Positions 9,929 to 17,944 of a stretch of 64,000 nucleotides of DNA are shown in pieces. Under the pieces are notes generated by a model that saw nothing but the letters and a program-made list of their open reading frames with translations, searched no databases and was not told where the DNA came from. Numbering within the stretch: position 1 is the first letter of the stretch; each line of letters opens with the position of its first letter. The stretch spans positions 7,894-71,893 of the forward strand of contig JBBTRA010000001.1 in the NCBI GenBank assembly GCA_038065415.1, written 5' to 3'. Position numbers and translations under genes: made by a program. This DNA is from Patescibacteria group bacterium (lineage in GTDB: Bacteria; Patescibacteriota; Minisyncoccia; Phycocordibacterales; PALSA-1337).

Positions 9929-10765
9929 TTATTTTAACGCCTCTCTCGCCTGCTTGATCTCCTCTTCTGTCCCTGGCGGCTTCCCGTGCCACTCGAACAT
10001 GCGCTCGAATGCAGGCACACCCTTGGAGGCAATCGTATTAGCAATAATCACTGACGGACGATCGAAGACTGCACGAGCCTCACCGAACGCACGATCGATA
10101 TCGCGGAAATTGTGCCCATCGATTTCCACCACATGCCAGTTGAAGGCGCGCCATTTGTCACCCAATGGATTGAGCGGCATGATGTCCTCGGTGAAGCCGT
10201 CGATCTGAATATTGTTGCGATCGACAATGACCGTGAGATTCTGGAGCTTCTCCTTGCCTGCCAACATGATACCCTCCCAGTTGTTTCCTTCATCGAGCTC
10301 GCCATCGCCGGTAACGCAATAGAACTGCTTGCCAGAAGTGCGACCATTGTCGATCCTATCTGCGATAGCCATACCAACAGTTTGTGAAATACCCGATCCG
10401 AGTGGGCCAGAAGAAGTTTCCAACATCGGTAGCCATTCACGGTGTGGATGTCCCTGAAGGCGCGTACCAAACTTGCGGAGCGTCTTCAACTCTTCGACAG
10501 GAAAATATCCTGCGTGCGCCATAGTGGCATATAGGACGGGACAGATGTGACCACTCGAGAGCACAAAGCGATCACGATATTCCCAAGAAGGATTCTTGGG
10601 ATCATGCTTGAGCGCATGGAAATAGAGATAGGTGAAGATGTCAGCCATGTCGAGAGGACCAGCTGTGTGGCCAGACTTTGCTTCAATGAGCATCTCGATG
10701 ATCGAACGACGAATCTCCTTCGCTTTGGTCTCGAGAAGTTTGACTTTTTCTTCGGTGAGGGGCAT
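9929..10765 (-). CDS. Transketolase, N-terminal (TPP-binding) subunit
   Basis: SGHTAG, DRFVLSSGH, LQGHP, GDGELDEG..DRN, WHGK; start placed at MPLTEEK. Confidence 0.96.
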   Translation of the reverse strand: MPLTEEKVKLLETKAKEIRRSIIEMLIEAKSGHTAGPLDMADIFTYLYFHALKHDPKNPSWEYRDRFVLSSGHICPVLYATMAHAGYFPVEELKTLRKFGTRLQGHPHREWLPMLETSSGPLGSGISQTVGMAIADRIDNGRTSGKQFYCVTGDGELDEGNNWEGIMLAGKEKLQNLTVIVDRNNIQIDGFTEDIMPLNPLGDKWRAFNWHVVEIDGHNFRDIDRAFGEARAVFDRPSVIIANTIASKGVPAFERMFEWHGKPPGTEEEIKQAREALK

Positions 10766-10815
10766 TTGTCCCAGTATAGCATTTTCTATAGCCTGATTTG
10801 CAGCGTTCTGTGTAC

Positions 10816-10842
10816 AAAAAAGCGACGCATTGTGGCGTCGCT
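10816..10842 (-). terminator. Intrinsic terminator
   Basis: AGCGACGC/GCGTCGCT stem with T6 on the minus strand. Confidence 0.7.
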
Positions 10843-10857
10843 GTGAACTATTTTCGA

Positions 10858-11247
10858 TCATTGAGAACGATTCTTGGGATCCATCTTGCTGAACCACCAC
10901 GCTGCTCGTACAGGCCTAGTTGCTGGACGTCTCACAAAAGGCGGCCTTGGAGGAAACAACGAGAGCTACCCTTGACCTTGCACTGGCTTCATGGGATCAG
11001 GCTTCGGTGCACTCGGAGGAACCGCGACTGGTCCGTGTTTTTTGACATGTAGTCCCACTTCGATCGGATCAGGGTGCTGGCGATGAACCGCATCCTTACA
11101 TCCGCATCGTTGCCCTCCCATGAGAACGCACTGATCGTGCCGTCCTGCCACACAGGCTGGGCACTTAGTCGGAGAATCAACTGGCTTGGCGAGAGGCGAC
11201 AATGGCGGATCGCCACGTCTCTTGCTCCACTTCATTTTTTTCTTCAT
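10858..11247 (-). pseudogene. Small Cys/His zinc-binding protein with an internal TAG (10966-10968); pseudogene or readthrough
   Basis: CPAC..H..C..CGC..H; the frame continues past TAG as LSLFPP...RAAWWFSKMDPKNRSQ to a TGA next to the terminator; promoter TTGACA-17-TACAAT at 11285-11257. Confidence 0.55.
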
Positions 11248-11304
11248 TCTAGACGCATTGTACACCTAAAATCATGTAGTGTCAATGCTCCTGTGCCTAC
11301 CTAC

Positions 11305-11979
11305 TTACCTTCCGATCGCCTTGAACTGTTGGAGTGCCTCAAGATAGTTATCTGCGCCAAATATCTTGGAGCCAACAACGAGACGGGTAGCGCCGGCATC
11401 GTAGAGCTGCTGCGCATTATCGAGCGAGACTCCCCCGTCTATTGAGATTGGGAGCTCAGGATATGCTGCGCGTGCTTCTTTGATACGATCGATCACTTTC
11501 GCATCAAATTCTTGTCCCTGAAATCCTACATGATCAATACCCATGAGTTGGATCGACTGGATCTTTTCCTTGAATGGCTCGAGAGCTGAGATAGGAGTCT
11601 CGATACCGAGCGCCAGAGCAACCTCGACGCGACCAGAGAGGTTGTCGACAGCTGCCATGAGGTCACCTTTTGCTTCGATGTGTATGATGATCCTATTTGC
11701 CCCCGCGCTCACCCACTCGTCTACGATCTGCTCCGGATGATTGACCATGAGGTCTATCTCAAAGTTGAGCTTCTCCCAGCCAGGAAGCCCTTCCTCTTCC
11801 TTGAGAATCTTGCCGAACGCATCGTCGTCCTTGCGGTAGGGCCAGGTAGGATTTGGCGTGAATTGTCCGTCGCAGACATCTATCTGCACCGTCTTCACAA
11901 AATCCTTGACGAGGGATATCTTCTCCTCGACTTCAGCGAAGTCCATGGGGAGTATAGCGGGGATGATCTCTGTTTTCAT
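11305..11979 (-). CDS. rpe: Ribulose-phosphate 3-epimerase
   Basis: IIPAIL, QIDVCDGQF, EIDLMV, GFQGQEF, IDGGVS, LVVGS. Confidence 0.92.
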   Translation of the reverse strand: MKTEIIPAILPMDFAEVEEKISLVKDFVKTVQIDVCDGQFTPNPTWPYRKDDDAFGKILKEEEGLPGWEKLNFEIDLMVNHPEQIVDEWVSAGANRIIIHIEAKGDLMAAVDNLSGRVEVALALGIETPISALEPFKEKIQSIQLMGIDHVGFQGQEFDAKVIDRIKEARAAYPELPISIDGGVSLDNAQQLYDAGATRLVVGSKIFGADNYLEALQQFKAIGR

Positions 11980-12085
11980 GCAGAAAATGTAGCATGAATC
12001 CGAGAAATTCACGAGAGTGGCTTAATCAGGAAAAATCTATCGTTTTTTCATTGAAGCCTCATCTAGGTTCAATATCCTGTGTACA

Positions 12086-12153
12086 GCCCCTAGCTTGGTA
12101 GCGAAATAGGAGTTGTCATTCCTGTTTTGGTGGTTCGATCCCGCCTAGGGGCT
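12086..12153 (+). other. Degenerate tRNA-like element (Asp GTC-like loop)
   Basis: Acceptor GCCCCTA/TAGGGGC and T arm GGTGG-TTCGATC-CCGCC; shrunken D arm; anticodon loop not 7 nt. Confidence 0.55.
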
Positions 12154-12318
12154 TTAGTGGCCAAGTTCTTGACTCTCCCCTAGTTCACAATGTTACAATT
12201 GAAAATGATGGGAATGACACGACATACCAATGTCGCCATCTGGAGCCCCTAGAAGGAATCCGGAAGGATTCCAGCCAGATAACTGACAAGCAAAACGCCC
12301 CTTCGGGGGCATTTTGTT

Positions 12319-12780
12319 TTATTCAATAGCATCTATCTGCCCTATCCTCCTCACATTTCTTTCATCTCCACCGAACGAAGTTGCCAACCACAGCTCAACA
12401 GCTTTCTTCGCCTCTTCTTCACTGACGAACCGCGCCCCGATCGAAAGAATATTTGCATCATTGTGATCACGAGAGAGCTTGATGATCTCATCACTCCCGC
12501 CGTACCAGACGACAGCACGTACTCCTGGGAAGCGGTTGGCGACGATAGCCTCTCCTTGTCCTGATCCACCGAAAATAATCGCCTTGGTCTCGCCCTTCAA
12601 GTCTTCAGCCACCTTAAGTGCAGCTGCAGCCATGTAGGTCGGATAGTCATCACCATCTACGAGTTCATGCGCACCCACATCGAGTATTGTGTCACCCTTT
12701 TCTTGCAGGAATTTCTTCACGGCTTCTTTGAGAGCGAAGCCAGCGTGATCTGAGGCGAGGATGATGTGGGGATTTTTCAT
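12319..12780 (-). CDS. rpiB: Ribose-5-phosphate isomerase B
   Basis: ASDHAGF, DDYP, GGSGQGE, SRDHNDAN. Confidence 0.95.
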   Translation of the reverse strand: MKNPHIILASDHAGFALKEAVKKFLQEKGDTILDVGAHELVDGDDYPTYMAAAALKVAEDLKGETKAIIFGGSGQGEAIVANRFPGVRAVVWYGGSDEIIKLSRDHNDANILSIGARFVSEEEAKKAVELWLATSFGGDERNVRRIGQIDAIE

Positions 12781-12826
12781 GACAGTATAGTATCACACAA
12801 TGCCCAAGGAGTTCATTCCCTCATGC

Positions 12827-13618
12827 CTAGAGGAACAGTGCAACGAAAACGATAACGAGCAGGATACGATACACCCCAAACCCGACGAACGACCTCCCTT
12901 TTACATATGAAAGCAAGAATTTGATACCTATGAGCGCCGTAGCGAATGCAGCCAAGAATCCAATGATGAGTGAAATTGATTGATCAGCAGTGAAGGCGCT
13001 CGCATTCTTGGCGAGGTCGAGTACTGTAGCAGCTCCGATAGTGGGCACGGCCAACAAGAATGAAAATTCGACTACTGCGGCACGACTCATTCCCGCGAGG
13101 AGACCCCCGACGATCGTTGCCGCTGAACGGGAAACACCAGGAATCACTGCGACTGCTTGCGCTACACCGATAAGAGCGGCTTTTGTGTAGCTCACTGCCC
13201 TAATCTCCTCCGCAACTGACACCTCCTCTGATGACACAACTACTTTGCCCCTCCGGAAAATGAATTCAAAGAAGATAAGCGCTAGACCACCGAGACCGAG
13301 CGCCCACAGGACCACTGATATATTGCCGATGAGGTAGTCCTTGATGACGCCGTGCAGAGCGAAGCCGATGATGGCTGTCGGGATGAATGCTGCAATGATC
13401 TTCTTGAGGATAGCGATATCCAGGAATCTCTTCCAATATATCGCAAGCACCGCGAGGATGGCTCCGCTCTGGATGGCGATCTCGAACGTCTTTACAAAGG
13501 CCGTCTGACTAAGGCCGAGGATGTGCGATGTCAGGATCAGATGCGCAGTCGACGATATTGGGAGGAATTCAGTGAAGCCTTCTACGAGACCGAGGATGAG
13601 TGCAGAGAGAGGTGTCAT
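12827..13618 (-). CDS. uppP: Undecaprenyl-diphosphate phosphatase
   Basis: GLVEGFTEFLPISSTAH, PGVSRS, EFSFLLAVP. Confidence 0.97.
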   Translation of the reverse strand: MTPLSALILGLVEGFTEFLPISSTAHLILTSHILGLSQTAFVKTFEIAIQSGAILAVLAIYWKRFLDIAILKKIIAAFIPTAIIGFALHGVIKDYLIGNISVVLWALGLGGLALIFFEFIFRRGKVVVSSEEVSVAEEIRAVSYTKAALIGVAQAVAVIPGVSRSAATIVGGLLAGMSRAAVVEFSFLLAVPTIGAATVLDLAKNASAFTADQSISLIIGFLAAFATALIGIKFLLSYVKGRSFVGFGVYRILLVIVFVALFL

Positions 13619-13624
13619 GAGCTA

Positions 13625-13696
13625 TTACACCAATCTTCCTGCCTTGATCACATGATCGACCAATGTATGGGTATACATAACTTCATTATTGTACCA
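13625..13696 (-). pseudogene. Displaced duplicate of the gap 3' end
   Basis: Translates WYNNEVMYTHTLVDHVIKAGRLV* versus gap WYDNEMGYTHTLVRHVIEAGKLI* (16/23 identical). Confidence 0.85.
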
Positions 13697-13853
13697 AGAT
13701 AACCGCATATTCAATTATTAACGGCAGTAGTAATATTGCACCGATAATTCGTCCGTTCTTCTTTTCTTTTGGCCAATGTGCATTCTTTTTTGTAAATTGC
13801 ATTTGTCCTTGCCAGAGTAGGAAGACACCAAGGATAAATAATATTATTGTCAT
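13686..13853 (-). CDS. Small two-TM membrane protein (55 aa, AT-rich)
   Basis: MTIILFILGVFLLWQGQMQFTKKNAHWPKEKKNGRIIGAILLLPLIIEYAVILVQ; shorter than any ORF in the track. Confidence 0.6.
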   Translation of the reverse strand: MTIILFILGVFLLWQGQMQFTKKNAHWPKEKKNGRIIGAILLLPLIIEYAVILVQ

Positions 13854-13860
13854 ATTTTTA

Positions 13861-14892
13861 TTATATTAATTTACCAGCTTCAATAACATGTCTCACTAAC
13901 GTATGCGTATACCCCATCTCATTGTCATACCACGCCATCACCTTCACCAGGTTTCCATCAACAACGCGCGTCATCTCTAGATCAGCGATAGATGCATGTC
14001 TGTTGCCAATGATGTCATGCGATACGAGAGGCTCCTCAGTCACCGTGAAGATACCATTCCAGCGAGGCTCGGCGGCAGCCTTCTTGAGGATCTTGTTGAC
14101 CTCTTCAGCAGTCGTATTCTTTTTTGAAATGAATGTCACATCAACAATAGAACCCGTAACAACCGGAACACGGATCGAGATACCATCGAACTTGCCTGCG
14201 AGCTGGGTCGCGACTTTGGTGACAGCAATAGCGGCACCAGTTGATGAGGGAACGATGTTCATGGCAGCTGCGCGGCCTTCGCGAAGATCCTTCTTTGACG
14301 GACCATCGACCAGAGCTTGGGATGCAGTGTAGCCATGTACAGTATTCAAAAGCGCCTTTTCGATCCCTAGGGTTTCATCCAAGATTGCGATCAACGGAGA
14401 TCCTGCATTGGTCGTACATGAAGCATTGGAGGAGACATTAGCACCTTCGAGCTTGTCTTCATTCATGCCCATAAGCACAGTCACACCCTGGAATGCCGAA
14501 CCAGCCTCATCCTTGATCGGGGCTGAAACGACAACTCTCTTGGCACCCGCATTGATGTGAGCCTGAGCTTTCTCGGCAGAGGTGAAGAGACCTGTGGACT
14601 CAACAACGATATCGATACCCATGGCCTTCCAGGGGAGCTTGGTTGGATCCTTCTCTGAAATGAACTGCACATCCTGACCATCGATGGTGAGTATGCCCTT
14701 CTCTTCATTTGCAGAGACATCGAACTCACTCACACCGTACGCAGTATCGTACTTGAGGAGATATGCAAAATTCTTGATGCTGCCGAGGTCATTGATGGCG
14801 ACGAGCTCGATCTCTGGACGGTTTTTTGAAACTTTGGCGAATGCTCTACCGATGCGGCCGAAACCATTGATGGCGACGCGGATTTTTTTCAT
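13861..14892 (-). CDS. gap: Type I glyceraldehyde-3-phosphate dehydrogenase
   Basis: INGFGRIGR, SNASCTTN, PSSTGAA, WYDNE. Confidence 0.99.
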   Translation of the reverse strand: MKKIRVAINGFGRIGRAFAKVSKNRPEIELVAINDLGSIKNFAYLLKYDTAYGVSEFDVSANEEKGILTIDGQDVQFISEKDPTKLPWKAMGIDIVVESTGLFTSAEKAQAHINAGAKRVVVSAPIKDEAGSAFQGVTVLMGMNEDKLEGANVSSNASCTTNAGSPLIAILDETLGIEKALLNTVHGYTASQALVDGPSKKDLREGRAAAMNIVPSSTGAAIAVTKVATQLAGKFDGISIRVPVVTGSIVDVTFISKKNTTAEEVNKILKKAAAEPRWNGIFTVTEEPLVSHDIIGNRHASIADLEMTRVVDGNLVKVMAWYDNEMGYTHTLVRHVIEAGKLI

Positions 14893-15079
14893 GGGAATCG
14901 ATGTAAGATTAGTATGCAGTAAAGTATATCATGCAAATATCAGTTATTCACACCATCGCTTCTAAAGCTTATGTTCTATGCTAGACTTGGTGCCAGATTG
15001 GGTGCGCAGCGCCCCAACAATCAGTCAAAACAAAAAACGTATGAAAGAATGCATTCCGCATGTCTCGGAAAAGGTTATC

Positions 15080-15508
15080 ATGACGATATCCTCTGCCCTG
15101 AAATCTCTCATGGGCAAGCGACCTCGATTCGGGCTTCCGGCGCCAGTGAAGCGCTATGAAATCGCCCATGACGGAACGTGCTGGCACGGCAAAAGGATCC
15201 ATTTCTGGATAATTGTATGCGGCAACAAAATCGGATTGCGCATCTTCGAACATCCTTCCCGACCAAAAAGGAAGGCTCTCCAGAATCTACTTGCTGTGAA
15301 CGAACCTCCAACCTTGTGCGTCTACGAGTATATGACGCCAGAAAAGATCGTTCACAAGCTGGCGCAGTGCATCAAAACCGGCCTGAACCGGATGCGTCAC
15401 GGACTCATCGGCATTCTGAAACCGCAACGGGATAAAGGCCTTATCCGCCGCTGCGACACAGGAAGTGTGTACGCTCACCCGTTCACCCCGAGTCTTCGGC
15501 AATGTTAA
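15080..15508 (+). CDS. Hypothetical protein
   Basis: SD GAAAAGG before MTISSALK; terminator hairpin at about 15531-15557. Confidence 0.55.
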   Translation: MTISSALKSLMGKRPRFGLPAPVKRYEIAHDGTCWHGKRIHFWIIVCGNKIGLRIFEHPSRPKRKALQNLLAVNEPPTLCVYEYMTPEKIVHKLAQCIKTGLNRMRHGLIGILKPQRDKGLIRRCDTGSVYAHPFTPSLRQC

Positions 15509-15565
15509 GAAGCCGAGCACTATTTTTCTCAGCACGACCCCTCGGTCGTGCTTTTTTATCTGAGC

Positions 15566-16366
15566 TTACTCGAAGGGCTGAAGCGGTTCCCCCGTAGGAA
15601 GCGGTTTAGTTTTCAATACCCCACGCTCTATGAATTGCTGAAGATGCACACCGGGAAGATTCAGGAATTCACACGGAACATCATCATGAAGAGTAAGAGT
15701 CGTATCACCGGAGCTGATCCACTGGAGAACACCTTTCTTAATCCAGGGAAGCAGGTCAAAATCCCAAATATCATTAGCGGCGAACCAGCCTTCGTATTCA
15801 CCCTTCTCATCCAATACCTGGTACGCTTCCCTACCCCATGGCTGATGAAGAAGGGACCCATGCACTGGACTCTCACTGAAATATGCAATCAGGTAGCATG
15901 TATACCCTGGAAACAACTGAGTTTTTGAAATAACTGCTTTCATGGATGGTATTTTTTCCAACATTCGCGGCACAACGAATGGGGCTCCTGGACCTGGTAC
16001 GACCATATCATTTGAACTGGCCTCAACTGGCTGTTTGGACCCAAAATCGATAGCACCGAGAAGCACACGGAAATGCGTACAACCATGTGGCTTCGGATAT
16101 TCAGCAAGAGGTCCCTTTTCCCACCATGGACCATTCAGCCCCTGATCATCAAAGGGATACTCGAGCACCGTCTGACAGATCGGGCAACGACTTATACTGA
16201 TCAGTGGGATATTCTGTCCATATTCATCAAGTATCGCATCTCGCTCTTTCGACATAGCCCTGAGCTGAGTCATGTCAAAAGCGTTCTTGTGAGGCTGGGA
16301 AAGATTGCGATCAAGCTCATGATACTTGGTCAAAAGCTCTTTTCGTTCTGTGGGCGAAAGGGGCAT
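15566..16366 (-). CDS. Hypothetical protein with CPIC motif
   Basis: 266 aa ORF; ISRCPIC..DDQGLNGPWW..PGPGAPFVVPRML. Confidence 0.8.
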   Translation of the reverse strand: MPLSPTERKELLTKYHELDRNLSQPHKNAFDMTQLRAMSKERDAILDEYGQNIPLISISRCPICQTVLEYPFDDQGLNGPWWEKGPLAEYPKPHGCTHFRVLLGAIDFGSKQPVEASSNDMVVPGPGAPFVVPRMLEKIPSMKAVISKTQLFPGYTCYLIAYFSESPVHGSLLHQPWGREAYQVLDEKGEYEGWFAANDIWDFDLLPWIKKGVLQWISSGDTTLTLHDDVPCEFLNLPGVHLQQFIERGVLKTKPLPTGEPLQPFE

Positions 16367-16432
16367 ATTATCTGAAAAAATAAATTAAGAACCCGAGCAC
16401 CACCACCCAACCGATCCATTTGAGAATATCTT

Positions 16433-16750
16433 TCATGAAGATGTTGTTGGTCGTCCAAGACCTAGCTTCCTGAAGTAGAGGTACACGGCCATAGCAAGGC
16501 TCAAAAGCACAAACAAAACAAATTCACCAAGCGTCACCCCTCCCATGAGAAGCAAAATTATTCCGACAATGAGTAAGACTGCACCTATTGATACATACAC
16601 CTTCTTTAAGCCAGGACCAGGGACTCCGAAAACTCCACCATGTATCTCAAGGCTCCGATTGTGCGCAAACCAGAGCATATATACGCCTGCGGCTCCGAAA
16701 AGCCAAGGAACTTTGAGTAGTACCGCCACCAGACTCGATAATGATTCCAT
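16433..16750 (-). CDS. Small membrane protein
   Basis: 105 aa with three hydrophobic segments. Confidence 0.7.
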   Translation of the reverse strand: MESLSSLVAVLLKVPWLFGAAGVYMLWFAHNRSLEIHGGVFGVPGPGLKKVYVSIGAVLLIVGIILLLMGGVTLGEFVLFVLLSLAMAVYLYFRKLGLGRPTTSS

Positions 16751-16771
16751 AGTGTTGAATTATATAGGCAA

Positions 16772-17842
16772 TTAAGTACGGGATAATTGTATCATTTTGC
16801 AAAGTTTCTTTACCAACCCGGGACCCTCATATACAAGCCCCGTAATGAGCTGGACCAGATCGGCGCCTGCATCGAACTTTTCCTGCGCAGTAGTAACAGA
16901 CATAACACCGCCCACGCCGATGATAGTGAATCTTTTCCCATACACTTCATGCGTCTTGTAGATCAGATCCGTAGAAGGGTGAGAGCACGGTCTACCCGAA
17001 AGACCCCCTTTGTACACCTCGGGCGCTTCGCCACGCACATCGAGAGTATCATAGTCTTTATTCAAATTACCGATCACCACACCCTGAAAACCTGATCGGT
17101 CTATAATTTTCAGCAATGCATCGAACTTGTCCCACGGCAGATTGATGGGCATCTTCACATAGACCGGCTTTGAACATGGTATAGATGTCAATCGAGACAA
17201 GAGGCGTTCCAATAACTCTGGCGTAGCGAATGTCTCTCCACCAAATGAGTTTGGACACGATATATTGATCGTATAGTAGTCGCCGATGTTTTCTTCATTG
17301 AGTCTTCTGAACGAATAGGCGTAATCCTCGATACCAGCCTCGATGGGCACCGACTGTTCGTCGTTGGTACGCGCGATCGAAATTCCGACAACGAACCTGG
17401 GACCACTCGCACCGGCACGTGCTCCAAGTACAGCAGCTTTCTTCAGACGTTCAATAATCTTGTCGACCCCATCATTACGGAGCCCTTTGTTAACCAAGAT
17501 GCTGCCAGATTTCGGCAATCTGGTTAGACGAGGTTTGGGGTTGCCTTCACAAGGTCGCGCCGTGACCGAACCGGCCTCTTCTCCGCCGAGACCTATAGAA
17601 CTGAGAATACCTGTCAGTTCGGCGTTGTAGTCAAAACCAGCCGAAAGCAAGAAAGGCGTGCGGTATGTGATACCGTCAACGGTCTTGGATATATCTGGAC
17701 CATGGTATCCATACACACCATCAACGAGTTTTCTGAGAATCGCATGCCTGCCAGAAAATTGACCAATCGATGTGAAGAGGTTATGGACAGATTCCGGGTC
17801 AAAACGAAAGAGGATAGGTTTAAGCAGATGCTTGTACAACAT
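16772..17842 (-). CDS. pyrD: Dihydroorotate dehydrogenase, class 2-like
   Basis: LFRFDPESVH, GNPKPRL.RLP, NISCPN, GGLSG, IGVGG, GADLVQLITGLVYEGP. Confidence 0.95.
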   Translation of the reverse strand: MLYKHLLKPILFRFDPESVHNLFTSIGQFSGRHAILRKLVDGVYGYHGPDISKTVDGITYRTPFLLSAGFDYNAELTGILSSIGLGGEEAGSVTARPCEGNPKPRLTRLPKSGSILVNKGLRNDGVDKIIERLKKAAVLGARAGASGPRFVVGISIARTNDEQSVPIEAGIEDYAYSFRRLNEENIGDYYTINISCPNSFGGETFATPELLERLLSRLTSIPCSKPVYVKMPINLPWDKFDALLKIIDRSGFQGVVIGNLNKDYDTLDVRGEAPEVYKGGLSGRPCSHPSTDLIYKTHEVYGKRFTIIGVGGVMSVTTAQEKFDAGADLVQLITGLVYEGPGLVKKLCKMIQLSRT

Positions 17843-17944
17843 GGGAATACTATAGCCGAAAACTGCCTAATTCCAAAAATTGTTAATCCGCGATTTATGT
17901 GTTATAAACATAGGAACATACTATAACATCATCCAATTCTCATC

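Noticed and set aside
9921-10900. Long N-terminal extensions in the ORF track (both transketolase halves; also rnr, the VanY-like, META and TauD genes)
   Set aside because: The extensions overlap neighbours or terminators; homology begins at downstream ATGs, most preceded by a -10-like box or an adjacent upstream stop.
10966-10968. Genome-wide stop-codon reassignment (TAG=Gln or TGA=Gly)
   Set aside because: TAG ends conserved genes at the expected positions (uppP, rnr, dnaX), and TGA ends others such as telA and the PhnB-like gene, so code 11 fits.
12255-12280. SRP RNA domain IV (CCGGAAGG..CAGCC)
   Set aside because: The stem is fully paired and lacks the CAGG/AGCA internal loop required for Ffh binding.
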